Source: an uncultured Clostridia bacterium
GTDB taxonomy: Bacteria; Bacillota; Clostridia; Oscillospirales; CAG-272
Reading direction: 5' to 3'
Length of the DNA stretch: 64,000 nucleotides
Assembly: GCA_947630015.1 (NCBI GenBank)
Contig: CANRFY010000002.1
Coordinates: 54,710-118,709, forward strand
The position numbers and the translations under genes were made by a program. The notes under the pieces were generated by a model that saw only the letters and a list, made by a program, of their open reading frames with translations, made no database searches and was not told the DNA's origin. Of this stretch, positions 8,856 through 17,484 are shown one piece after another (the first letter of the stretch is position 1; each line of letters begins with the position of its first letter).

Positions 8856-11240
8856 TTAATCCGAAATGTCGGTCAGATGTCTGAACACGAGCTTAACGAC
8901 AGTACCCTCCGGCACCGTCTCTCCCGCCGCCGGAACTTGTTCGATGACGGTCGCGCCGCTTCCGCTCGTGAAATTGGCGGCGCCCTCGACTCTGATGTTG
9001 AGGCTGCTATTGATGATGAGCCTGTTCGCCGCCTCCGCCGTCTTTCCGACGACGTTCGGCACCGTAACGGTGCGAACGGACGCGTCCGCGTCCGTATAGA
9101 GTATCACGATCTTCGCGATCTCCGATACGATCGTTCCCGACGCCGGCGACTGCGCCGTCACGACGCCGCCCTCTCCGACGACGACATATTTGAAGCCCTT
9201 ATTATCGAGCTGCGCCTTCGCGTCCTCGACTGTGAGATTGACGTATTTTCCGACCGTCGTCTCGACGGCGGCTTCCTCTCCCTCGTCGTACTGCGGCTCA
9301 AAGCCGAGATACGGCAGCGCGACCGAGAGGAATTTCGACACATACGGCGCGGCGACGACGGAGCCGTACATACTTCCGCCCGACGGCTCGTCGACGAGTA
9401 TCAGAACGACTATCTGCGGATCGTCCGCCGGCGCGAACGCCACGCACGAGCCGACCCTGAGCGTATCCTCGCCGTTCGGGCCGAGCTTATCGCGCTTCTG
9501 CGACGTTCCCGTCTTAGCCGCGACCTTATAGCCCGCCACATACGCGTTCTTCGCGCCTCCGTTGCCGGAGACGCCCTCCTCGAGCATGGCGGCGACTGTC
9601 CGCGACGTCTCCTCGCTTATGACCTGACGGACCACGTTCGTCTCATACGTATCGATCACGTTGCCGTCCGAATCTATGATCTCCTTCATGACGTGCGGCG
9701 TCACGAGATAGCCCCCGTTCGCCACCGCCGCGATCGCCGTTATATGCTGTATCGGCGTGACCTTGAACGTCTGACCGAACGCATACACTGCGAGCGACAC
9801 GTTCGTGAAATCCTTGTAGGCGTGGTAATACGTCACAGCCTCGCCGGGCAGATCGATTCCGGAGCGTTTTCCGTACCCGAACTGCTGAAAATATTTGTAG
9901 AAATTCTCGCGGCCTATCCGCAGGCCGATCGCGACGAACGCGGGGTTGCACGACTGCTGGAGCGCGCCCGCGAAATCGAGCGTTCCGTGTCCCGTCGTCT
10001 TTGCGCACGAGATCGGCTTTGAATATCCGTCTATCATGACGCTGCCCGAGCAGTGGAACGTATCCGACAGCTTCACGGCTCCAAGCTCGAGCGCGATCGA
10101 CGTCGTGACCGTCTTGAACGTCGATCCGGGCTCGTAAAGCTCCGTCACCGCCTTGTTGTTCCACATCGTGAAGCGCAGCTCCGACAGCTTGTTTTTGTAT
10201 TCGTCGCCCTCCGGATCAAGCTCGAGCGCGTCGAGCTGCGACTGATAATACTCCGTCAGCGTGTACGGATCGTTCAGATCGTATCCGCCGAGCGTCGCCA
10301 TCGCGAGGATCGCGCCCGTTTTTACGTCCATCGCGATGCCCGCGACGCGGTTCGCGGCCTTATTCTCCGTCATCGTCTCGTAAAGGACGCCCTCCAGCTC
10401 GTATTGCAGATACCGGTCTATCGTCGTCACGACGGAGAGTCCGTCCTGCTCCTCGCTGTATTTTTCAAAATCGGTCGGAAGATCGTTCCCGTTTCCGTCG
10501 CGCGCCGTCAGATACCGGCCGGAGCTGCCCTTCAAGACGTCGTTATAGTACGATTCGACGCCGTAAACGCCGTCGCCGTCCGAATTGACGAATCCGATCA
10601 CATGGCACGCGAGCGTGTCGTTCGGATAATAGCGCTTCGAGCTTGCGGACAGATATATCTGCTCCTCGAGTCCGTATTCGTCGATGAAGGCGCGGACGCG
10701 GTCCGCGTCCTCCTTCTCCACGTTCTTTTTTACGACCTCGTAATATCTGTTCTTCTTGCCCGTCAGCTCGAGTACGCGCGCATAATCGACGCCGAGGATC
10801 TCCGACAGCCCCTTCGCTATCAGCTTATCCATCGTATACGACGACGTCGTCCCGTCCGCGGCCGTATAGACGTAATAATCGCTCGTGCGGTGGACGTCGG
10901 CGAGCAGACCTATGCCGTATGCGTTCGGCTCGTCTTCGTCGTCCGTCATCGTGAACACCGTGTAATTGTCGTTCATCGCGTCGATTATATCCTGCGGCGA
11001 GATGAATATGAGCCACACCGTCTTGTTTCCGGCCAAAAGGTTCATGTTCGCGTCGTAGATATCGCCGCGCGTCGAGTTGACGGTCGTTTCCTTCGTTATC
11101 TGGTTTATGACTATGTTCTGATATTCTTCATACGAGTTGATCTGGAGGTTGAACAGAACAAAGCACAAAAACAGCCATGCGGCCGCGAAAATTACAAGCA
11201 CGAATATCGCGCGCTTTGATATGGTGTTGCCGATGTTCAT
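8856..11240 (-). CDS. Class B penicillin-binding protein (FtsI/SpoVD/PBP2B type) with two PASTA domains
   Basis: 794 aa with an N-terminal TM anchor. Transpeptidase motifs are STFK, SCN and KTGT. Two PASTA repeats sit at the C-terminus (VGKYVNLTVEDAKAQL... and VPNVVGKTAEAANRLI...). Confidence 0.9.
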   Translation of the reverse strand: MNIGNTISKRAIFVLVIFAAAWLFLCFVLFNLQINSYEEYQNIVINQITKETTVNSTRGDIYDANMNLLAGNKTVWLIFISPQDIIDAMNDNYTVFTMTDDEDEPNAYGIGLLADVHRTSDYYVYTAADGTTSSYTMDKLIAKGLSEILGVDYARVLELTGKKNRYYEVVKKNVEKEDADRVRAFIDEYGLEEQIYLSASSKRYYPNDTLACHVIGFVNSDGDGVYGVESYYNDVLKGSSGRYLTARDGNGNDLPTDFEKYSEEQDGLSVVTTIDRYLQYELEGVLYETMTENKAANRVAGIAMDVKTGAILAMATLGGYDLNDPYTLTEYYQSQLDALELDPEGDEYKNKLSELRFTMWNNKAVTELYEPGSTFKTVTTSIALELGAVKLSDTFHCSGSVMIDGYSKPISCAKTTGHGTLDFAGALQQSCNPAFVAIGLRIGRENFYKYFQQFGYGKRSGIDLPGEAVTYYHAYKDFTNVSLAVYAFGQTFKVTPIQHITAIAAVANGGYLVTPHVMKEIIDSDGNVIDTYETNVVRQVISEETSRTVAAMLEEGVSGNGGAKNAYVAGYKVAAKTGTSQKRDKLGPNGEDTLRVGSCVAFAPADDPQIVVLILVDEPSGGSMYGSVVAAPYVSKFLSVALPYLGFEPQYDEGEEAAVETTVGKYVNLTVEDAKAQLDNKGFKYVVVGEGGVVTAQSPASGTIVSEIAKIVILYTDADASVRTVTVPNVVGKTAEAANRLIINSSLNIRVEGAANFTSGSGATVIEQVPAAGETVPEGTVVKLVFRHLTDISD

Positions 11241-11372
11241 CGATGTCCCCCTTACGGGATCGGAACGCGCAGACGGCGCATTTCCGCCCCTTTACCTCAA
11301 AAAGAGTAACGAGCCGAGAACTCCTTACTCTTTTCGTGTCATATCTATTTTATTACGGCGTCCCTTTCATTA

Positions 11373-12266
11373 TTACTCGCCGCCGAGAAAGCGCGACAGC
11401 CTCCGGCTGATTGCGCTCAGCATCGTCGAGAACGTGGACGGCTCCCCGTCCTGTCCGCCGAAATTCTCGATCACGTCCTCGCCCGACAGGTCTATGTACT
11501 GCTCCTGCATCTGGTTGACCTTCACCATGCCGAGAGCCTCTGCCTGCTCTTCGATGTAGCCGTAATCGTCGCGCTCCTCGAGCGCGCTCTTCAGGAGCGA
11601 TTCGCGCTCCGACAGCGCAGCGACCTGACCTTGCAGCTCCGTGACGCGCTGGCGCAGCTCATAATTGCGCACGAATCCCTGAACCATGAAAAACAGAACC
11701 AAGAACAAAAACACGATCACGATCGCGAGCTTCGGGAACGGGACGCGTCTCTGCGCGACCTCGCGCGGTCCCGATTCTGCGAGCTGTCCCTCGCCGTATG
11801 AGCGGCGGGCCGGCACAGGCTTTGCCGCTTGCCGTTTGACCGCCGCAGCGGTGGTGCGGGGCGCAGGATGCGCAGCGCTCTGCGGTCTCGGCGCCGGCAG
11901 CGTATTTGTCATGACGCGCGACGCGGCCTGCGCGGACGCGGCGCGCGCGCGCGCCGCCATAGCTTCCATGCGCTTTTTTTCCTCCGCGCGGCGTCTCGCT
12001 TCCGCGACCGCCTCCGCGTTGACGCTCGAATACGGACTGTAATTGTTGTCGAATCTCGGCGCGGGTTCGGCTCTCATGCCGCCGCCCGCAAGCTCGTATT
12101 CGTCCTCGATCAGCGCGCTCGACGACGCCCTCGCCATCTGCGGATTTGACGCGCCGCGCTGGCGCAGCTTGTCCACAAGGCGCGCCGTCGCCATATCGGG
12201 CGCAGGATATACGGCCCGCGACGATGTCGGGGAGTATCCAATTGTCTGCCGTCTCGCGTTCGTCAT
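11373..12266 (-). CDS. ftsL: FtsL-like cell division protein with long disordered N-terminal extension
   Basis: 297 aa. A single TM helix (LAIVIVFLFLVLFFMV) is followed by a coiled coil and the FtsL-type tail YIEEQAEALGMVKVNQ. It lies between rsmH and the PBP gene. Confidence 0.65.
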   Translation of the reverse strand: MTNARRQTIGYSPTSSRAVYPAPDMATARLVDKLRQRGASNPQMARASSSALIEDEYELAGGGMRAEPAPRFDNNYSPYSSVNAEAVAEARRRAEEKKRMEAMAARARAASAQAASRVMTNTLPAPRPQSAAHPAPRTTAAAVKRQAAKPVPARRSYGEGQLAESGPREVAQRRVPFPKLAIVIVFLFLVLFFMVQGFVRNYELRQRVTELQGQVAALSERESLLKSALEERDDYGYIEEQAEALGMVKVNQMQEQYIDLSGEDVIENFGGQDGEPSTFSTMLSAISRRLSRFLGGE

Positions 12267-12305
12267 GTCGGGCCTGTCCTTTCTTTATTTCTGCGATCTT
12301 TATTG

Positions 12306-13361
12306 TTACAGCTTTTCCGCGACTCTGAGCTTCGCGCTCCGCGCCCGCGGATTTGCCGACAGCTCGGCGTCAGACGCCGTGATCGGCTTTTTATGTACCG
12401 CCCTCAAAGTCGGCGTGCGTCCGCACACGCAGACGGGGAAATCGGGCGGGCAAACGCATCCGCGTTCCAGCTCCGCGAATACGCGCTTCACTATCCTGTC
12501 CTCGAGCGAATGGAACGTGATCACCGCGATCCTGCCGCCGTGACGCAGCCTTTCCACGGCCGCGCGTATCGCCGGCTCGATGCCGTCAAGCTCGCCGTTT
12601 ACCTCGATCCGTATCGCCTGAAACGTCCGTTTCGCCGGATGCGATCCGCGCTCGACAGATCCTTTCGGAACGGCGCTCTTTATCAGCTCCGACAGCTCCG
12701 TCGTCGTCGTTATCGGCGTTGTCGCTCGTTTCTCCGCGATCCGCCTCGCTATTTTTGCCGCGAATTTTTCCTCGCCGTACTCGTATATGATCCGCCTCAG
12801 CTCGTCCTCGCCGTATCCGTTCACCACGTCATATGCCGTAAGCGAATCGGAGCGCGACATTCTCATATCGAGCGGCGCAGGCTCGGGGGAACTGTACGAA
12901 AATCCCCTCGACGCCGTATCTATCTGATGCGAACTGACCCCGAGATCGAACAGCGCGCCGTCGATCTCATCGACGCCGAGCGAATCGAGTATCGGGGATA
13001 GATTTCTGTAATTGTCCTCGACGAGCGTCACCTTGCCGCCGAATTTGCAAAGACGCGTCCTGCACGCCGCGATCGCCTCCGCGTCGCGGTCGATCGAGAT
13101 GAGGCGCCCGCCCGACAGTCTTTCCGCGATCGCGGACGAATGGCCGCCGCCGCCCGCCGTCCCGTCGACGTAGACGCCGTCGGGATCGATCCGCAGTCCC
13201 TCTATCGTTTCCGGCAGCATGACCGGCAGGTGCGAAAACACGGGAGCGTTCTCCGATGGCTCCGTCCCGCCGGTATCTGTGCCGCCGCTATTATCCCGAG
13301 CGGCGCGTGCCGTATCGCGCGTTTCGGGCTTATCTGTTTTATTTGATGCCGACGCCGTCAT
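12306..13361 (-). CDS. rsmH: 16S rRNA (cytosine1402-N4)-methyltransferase RsmH (MraW)
   Basis: MraW family blocks PVMLPETIEGL, VYVDGTAGGGGHS and DLGVSSHQID. It is the second gene of the dcw cluster. Confidence 0.95.
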   Translation of the reverse strand: MTASASNKTDKPETRDTARAARDNSGGTDTGGTEPSENAPVFSHLPVMLPETIEGLRIDPDGVYVDGTAGGGGHSSAIAERLSGGRLISIDRDAEAIAACRTRLCKFGGKVTLVEDNYRNLSPILDSLGVDEIDGALFDLGVSSHQIDTASRGFSYSSPEPAPLDMRMSRSDSLTAYDVVNGYGEDELRRIIYEYGEEKFAAKIARRIAEKRATTPITTTTELSELIKSAVPKGSVERGSHPAKRTFQAIRIEVNGELDGIEPAIRAAVERLRHGGRIAVITFHSLEDRIVKRVFAELERGCVCPPDFPVCVCGRTPTLRAVHKKPITASDAELSANPRARSAKLRVAEKL

Positions 13362-13363
13362 CG

Positions 13364-13789
13364 TCAGAAGTTGTTTTTCTGCATGAAGCTTATAAGCTCC
13401 GACGTCTTCTCCGCCGTCTTATCGGCGTCGCGCCTTTCCTTGTCCCAGATCTCGGCGTGATCGCCTACGCCGATTATATATATATCTTTTTTAAGTCCCG
13501 CGTGATCGCGCAGCGCCTGCGTCAGAACGACCCGCCCCTGCGAATCGGGCTTTGCGTCCATCGCGGTCGAGAATATGAAGCGCGCAAGCGCGCTTCCTTC
13601 CGTCGACGGGAGCGCGAGCAGACGCGTCGTATATTTTTCCCAGCCTTCCTCGGAGAATACCGACAGGCAGCCGTCGACGCTGCACGTTATATAGACGCGC
13701 TCGCCGATTATGTCACGGTACTTGGACGGGATGAATATCCTGTTCTTGCTGTCCATGACCTGTTGGTACTCGCCAAGAAAGCAAGTCAT
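13364..13789 (-). CDS. mraZ: Transcriptional regulator MraZ
   Basis: Start taken at the internal ATG 13789 (MTCFLGEYQQVMDSKNRIFIPSKYR). It has two SpoVT/AbrB-type halves (DSKNRIFIP and DSQGRVVLT). The track ORF extends upstream to 13858, into the operator region downstream of the promoter. Confidence 0.9.
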   Translation of the reverse strand: MTCFLGEYQQVMDSKNRIFIPSKYRDIIGERVYITCSVDGCLSVFSEEGWEKYTTRLLALPSTEGSALARFIFSTAMDAKPDSQGRVVLTQALRDHAGLKKDIYIIGVGDHAEIWDKERRDADKTAEKTSELISFMQKNNF

Positions 13790-13842
13790 AGCGATCGCGT
13801 CTCCCTTACGATTGATTTTCGATGCTCTGTCATGGATTTTTA

Positions 13843-13858
13843 CACCACTCCGCACCAC
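13843..13858 (-). promoter_or_regulatory. Candidate MraZ operator: GTGGTG-N4-GTGGTG direct repeat just downstream of the -10
   Basis: The minus strand reads GTGGTGcggaGTGGTG with 10-bp phasing, between the predicted -10 and the mraZ start. Further GTGGTG copies lie at 13914-13919 (opposite orientation) and 14004-14009. Confidence 0.45.
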
Positions 13859-13867
13859 TATGATGAT

Positions 13868-13896
13868 ATTCTACTATACACTTGTCTAAAAGTCAA
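13868..13896 (-). promoter_or_regulatory. Sigma-A-type promoter of the dcw operon (TTGACT-17-TAGAAT)
   Basis: On the minus strand, the -35 TTGACT is at 13891-13896 and the -10 TAGAAT at 13868-13873, with a 17-nt spacer. It is about 80 nt upstream of mraZ. Confidence 0.6.
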
Positions 13897-14039
13897 CCCC
13901 GATTAAGAAATTTGTGGTGCGGTTTTCCGATATTTTTTCAGGTTTTGTCTCGGTTTTCGGACTTTTTCACCGACCGTCTGTTCCGTTCGACAACGGATTT
14001 CGGCACCACCCGTCCGCGTTCGCCCCCACAAATGAGAAA

Positions 14040-14068
14040 AGCCCCGCGTTCGCCGCGGGGCTGTTTTT
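14040..14068 (-). terminator. Intrinsic terminator after coaD
   Basis: The GC hairpin AGCCCCGCG-loop-CGCGGGGCT is followed by TTTTCTCATTT on the minus strand, immediately downstream of the coaD stop. Confidence 0.6.
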
Positions 14069-14077
14069 ATCTGCGCG

Positions 14078-14596
14078 TCATTTTCGCGCCATTATTTCCT
14101 CTACCGTCAAAAGCGCCTCCTCCGCCATCGCGACCTCGGCGCGGCCGTATTTGATCATATCGCGCGCCACCGTGGAGCTGATAAACGACAGCTCGGGACG
14201 CGCCGGCAGGATAACGGTCTCGATCCCGCCGACGGCGCGGTTCACATCCGCCATCACAGTTTCATACTCAAATTCGGCGGCGCCGCGCGATCCTCGGATT
14301 ATTACCCCTATGCCTCGCTCGCGGATGAACTCCGCGAGCAGCGACGGACAAATTTCCGACCTCACGCGCTCGCCAGTTCTCGTTCTGCACCCACGAACCG
14401 ACGCCTCCGCTATGCGGAGCCGCTCCTCCGGCGTGAACATCCCGCCCGCTCCCTTTTCGGTATTGACGCAGATCGCAACCGTCAGTCTGTCGAATATTGC
14501 CGCCGCGCGCTCCACTATATCGAGATGGCCCTTCGTAAACGGATCGAAGCTGCCGGTGAACACCGCCGATCTCATATCGCGTCCGCATTCGGTCAT
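14078..14596 (-). CDS. coaD: Phosphopantetheine adenylyltransferase CoaD
   Basis: Contains FTGSFDPFTKGHLDIVERA, the nucleotidyltransferase T/HxGH motif. The start at 14596 forms an ATGA overlap with the rsmD stop; 14575 is an alternative start. Confidence 0.9.
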   Translation of the reverse strand: MTECGRDMRSAVFTGSFDPFTKGHLDIVERAAAIFDRLTVAICVNTEKGAGGMFTPEERLRIAEASVRGCRTRTGERVRSEICPSLLAEFIRERGIGVIIRGSRGAAEFEYETVMADVNRAVGGIETVILPARPELSFISSTVARDMIKYGRAEVAMAEEALLTVEEIMARK

Positions 14597-15171
14597 GACA
14601 CATCCTCCTCGTCCGCCCATTCGAGCAGCGTTATCCAAACTCTGCCGTAATTTGACTGCTTTCTAATCTTGTATGATGCGGCGGCGGCGCTGTCGCCGCC
14701 GAACACGTCCGGCTCGCCGCTCTCGCAGACGATGACGCCGCCGCGGTTCAGTATTTTCCCGTTCGCTATCATCGACAGCGCGCGCGGCATAAATCCGCTC
14801 TTATACGGCGGATCGAGGAAAATGATATCGAACCGTTCGCGTCCGGACGCGCGCCGCAGAAACGGCTCGTACTCCATCTGCGATATGCGGCAGCGATCGA
14901 ACAGTCTCGTCGTTTTCGCGTTCGTTTTTATTATTTCGACGGCCTCCGGCGCGCAGTCGATAATGACCGCGGACTCTGCGCCTCTCGACAGCGCCTCGAG
15001 TCCGAGCTGTCCCGATCCGCCGAACAGATCGAGCGCGCGTCTGCCCTCGATCTCGAACTGTATCATCGAGAAGACCGCCTCCTTGACGCGTTCTCCCGTC
15101 GGGCGCGTCGCGTCGCCCTCAAGCGTTATAAGCCGCGCTCCGCGCGCGCTTCCCGTTATTATCCTCATCAC
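14593..15171 (-). CDS. rsmD: 16S rRNA (guanine966-N2)-methyltransferase RsmD
   Basis: 192 aa with SAM-binding motif LDLFGGSGQLGLEALSRGA and the FLDPPY motif. rsmD-coaD is the usual gene pair. It overlaps the uvrC stop by ATGA. Confidence 0.9.
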   Translation of the reverse strand: MMRIITGSARGARLITLEGDATRPTGERVKEAVFSMIQFEIEGRRALDLFGGSGQLGLEALSRGAESAVIIDCAPEAVEIIKTNAKTTRLFDRCRISQMEYEPFLRRASGRERFDIIFLDPPYKSGFMPRALSMIANGKILNRGGVIVCESGEPDVFGGDSAAAASYKIRKQSNYGRVWITLLEWADEEDVS

Positions 15172-17039
15172 ATCTCCCCCTCGTGCAGGAATGCGTAAAT
15201 ATCCTTAGCGTTATCCGCACTGATTCCGTCGACCTCGGCGATATCGTCCGCCGTCGCGTCGGCGAGCGCCGCCAGCGTGCCGAAATGCGACATGAGCTTT
15301 TTCGCCTTTGCGTCGCCGATGCCGCGTATCGACGTCAGGGACGATTTTTTCAGCGTTTTTGACTTTGCGCGTCTCATCCCCGAGATCGTAAATCTGTGTA
15401 CCTCTTCCTGGAGCTTATACACGAACTGGAACACCGCCTGCTCGCGCGCGATCCCGATCTCCTCGTTTTCATGCTCGCCGATCAATGCGCGCGTCTTATG
15501 GTGATCGTCCTTCACCATGCCGAACACCGGTATCGGCGACGACATCTCCCGCAAAAGCTCTCTTATGACCGAAACGTGGCCGGCTCCGCCGTCGAGCAGA
15601 ATGAGATCGGGCATCGGCTCCCATTCCGTATGCGACAGCCGGCGCGATACGGCTTCTCTCATCGCGGCGTAATCGTCGGGCGCGCCCGAACCCTTGACGG
15701 AGAACAGTCTGTATGCCGATTTTTTCAGTCTGCCCGATTCGGCCGTGATCATACCTGCCGTTATATGTTCGCCGCCGAGATTTGATATATCGTAGCATTC
15801 GATGATCTCCGGCACGACCTCGAGCGACAGCAGTCCGGCGAGCTTGACGAGGACCGCCGTATCGCTCTTTGCGCGCGATTTATACTGTTCGGCGGCGGCG
15901 CGCGCGTTATCGTAGGCGAGCAGAGCGAGCTTTTTGCCCTCTCCGCGCTCCGGCGTGCGCACCGTGACTCGATATCCCGCGCGCTTTGACAGATACTCTG
16001 ACAGAAGCGCGGCCTCCTCGTCCTCGATCGCGAACGAGACAAGCACCTCGCGCGGTACGTATTCGCGTCCCGCGTACAGCATAGTGATAAATTCCGTCAT
16101 GCCGCCCTCGCCCGAGATCCCGTTTTCGTCCATAAGCTGCGCCGCGCCGAACTCGAACGACTGTTTATCCGCGACGGCTCCGCCTCTTATGACGAGCAGC
16201 GTTGCGCACGAGCATATCCCGTCCGGATCGGCGTAATACGATATCACGTCGCGCTCGACCTCCGGCGAGGCGACGACGTGCTGGCGTTCCTTCAGCCTTT
16301 CGAGCGCCGCGATGCTGTCGCGGCATCTTGCGGCGGCCTCGAAGTTGAGCGATTCCGAAAACTCGTTCATTTTCGCCTCCAGCTCCGCCCTTGCCGACGC
16401 CGTATCGCCGCGCAGCACGCTTATGACCGCTTTCATATTTTCCTTATATTCATCTGGCGGCACATCTCCGCGGCAGACGCCGCAGCATCTCCCCATCTGA
16501 TCGTAGACGCACGTACTGACGCGTCCGATATCGCGCGGGAACTCATGCTTGCACGCTGGCAGCTTAAACACGCGCTCCATCGACGAGATTATATCGCGGA
16601 CGGCGCCCGCGCTCGAATACGGGCCGAAGTAGAGGGCCTCCGTCGATTTTTCCGCGCCGCGCTTCCTCGTCATTGTAAGGCGGGGGTAATCGTCGCCGAT
16701 CGAGATCTTTATATACGGATACGATTTTGCATCCTTGAGCTTTATGTTGTATCTCGGCTCGTACTGTTTTATGAGCGCGTTTTCGAGCGTCAGCGCCTCG
16801 ATCTCGGTCTTGCAAATGATCGTGTCGAATCTGTCCACCATCGACACCATCCGCTCCGTCTTTACCGCGTGTTCCGTGTTCGCGAAATACTGCGATACCC
16901 GCGACCGCAGCGCGCGCGACTTGCCAACATAGATGACCTGCCCGCCCCTGCTCCTCATTATATATACGCCCGGACACATCGGCAGCTCCGACGCCTCGCG
17001 GAACAGCCTGTCGAGCCTCTCGCTGCTGATTCGCTTCAT
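15168..17039 (-). CDS. uvrC: Excinuclease ABC subunit C
   Basis: 623 aa with an N-terminal GIY-YIG domain (GVYIMRSRGGQVIYVGKS), a UVR domain and a C-terminal helix-hairpin-helix region (IRGIGDAKAKKLMSHFGTL). Confidence 0.95.
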   Translation of the reverse strand: MKRISSERLDRLFREASELPMCPGVYIMRSRGGQVIYVGKSRALRSRVSQYFANTEHAVKTERMVSMVDRFDTIICKTEIEALTLENALIKQYEPRYNIKLKDAKSYPYIKISIGDDYPRLTMTRKRGAEKSTEALYFGPYSSAGAVRDIISSMERVFKLPACKHEFPRDIGRVSTCVYDQMGRCCGVCRGDVPPDEYKENMKAVISVLRGDTASARAELEAKMNEFSESLNFEAAARCRDSIAALERLKERQHVVASPEVERDVISYYADPDGICSCATLLVIRGGAVADKQSFEFGAAQLMDENGISGEGGMTEFITMLYAGREYVPREVLVSFAIEDEEAALLSEYLSKRAGYRVTVRTPERGEGKKLALLAYDNARAAAEQYKSRAKSDTAVLVKLAGLLSLEVVPEIIECYDISNLGGEHITAGMITAESGRLKKSAYRLFSVKGSGAPDDYAAMREAVSRRLSHTEWEPMPDLILLDGGAGHVSVIRELLREMSSPIPVFGMVKDDHHKTRALIGEHENEEIGIAREQAVFQFVYKLQEEVHRFTISGMRRAKSKTLKKSSLTSIRGIGDAKAKKLMSHFGTLAALADATADDIAEVDGISADNAKDIYAFLHEGEM

Positions 17040-17070
17040 ACGCGCCCTCCCCTCTCCGCCGTTACTATAT

Positions 17071-17175
17071 CATAAATCCCGCAATTACGCAAGCGTGGAT
17101 TTATGGGGGTGGGTTTTGGTGGGAGTTTTTTGGGGGGCTTTTAAGGAAAGCCCCCCAAACCCCCAAACCTTTTTA
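17071..17175. repeat. Mosaic-repeat locus A: hairpin modules only
   Basis: Contains the 9-bp-stem hairpin CATAAATCC...GGATTTATG (17071-17105). It also contains GGGGGGCTTTtaaggAAAGCCCCCC (17132-17156), flanked by GGTTTTGG and CCCCAAACC runs. The second hairpin is the same module as at 47101-47122. Confidence 0.7.
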
Positions 17176-17195
17176 GGGAGAGGTTATTATTATGG

Positions 17196-17425
17196 GAGGT
17201 GGAGCCTGTTCGCTGCCCGATCACGGGCGATGTTGAAGCTTGTGCAAATAAATGTGCAAATAAATTTGAACTGGGTTCAAATCGTTTCACGACTGCGTCT
17301 GCGCAGGATTTATGTAAAAGGTAAGACTGGTTCGCCGCCCGATTACGGGCGATATTGAAGCTGATGCAAGCAATATTGAACGCAGTTCAAATTGCTTGCC
17401 GGTTGTGTGGGATTTATATGAAAGC
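17196..17425. repeat. Two-copy tandem repeat (~105-125 bp) with conserved hairpins, between ptsH and uvrC
   Basis: Copy 1 spans about 17203-17318 and copy 2 about 17325-17425. Shared blocks are GTTCGCYGCCCGATYACGGGCGATRTTGAAGCT, TTGAAC-N3-GTTCAAAT and GGATTTATRT. Copy 1 has an internal 2x12-bp duplication, GTGCAAATAAAT. Confidence 0.75.
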
Positions 17426-17440
17426 GCAGCATTGACATAA

Positions 17441-17473
17441 GCAAAAGAGCGTGAGCTTCAAGCTCACGCTCTT
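17441..17473 (-). terminator. Intrinsic terminator after ptsH
   Basis: On the minus strand the 14-bp-stem hairpin AAGAGCGTGAGCTT-G-AAGCTCACGCTCTT runs into TTTTGC, 12 nt after the ptsH stop. Confidence 0.75.
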
Positions 17474-17484
17474 AAAATTGAATT

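Noticed and set aside
17270-17285. GGTTCAAATC resembling a tRNA T-arm
   Set aside because: It is part of a simple 6-bp hairpin with a 3-nt loop. There is no acceptor stem, D-arm or anticodon arm around it.
17266-17390. TTGAAC-n3-GTTCAA palindromes upstream of uvrC as LexA (Cheo) boxes
   Set aside because: The Firmicute LexA box is GAAC-n4-GTTC. Here the spacer is 3 nt in both copies, and the sites lie 230-350 bp from the uvrC start. I kept them only as part of the tandem-repeat finding.
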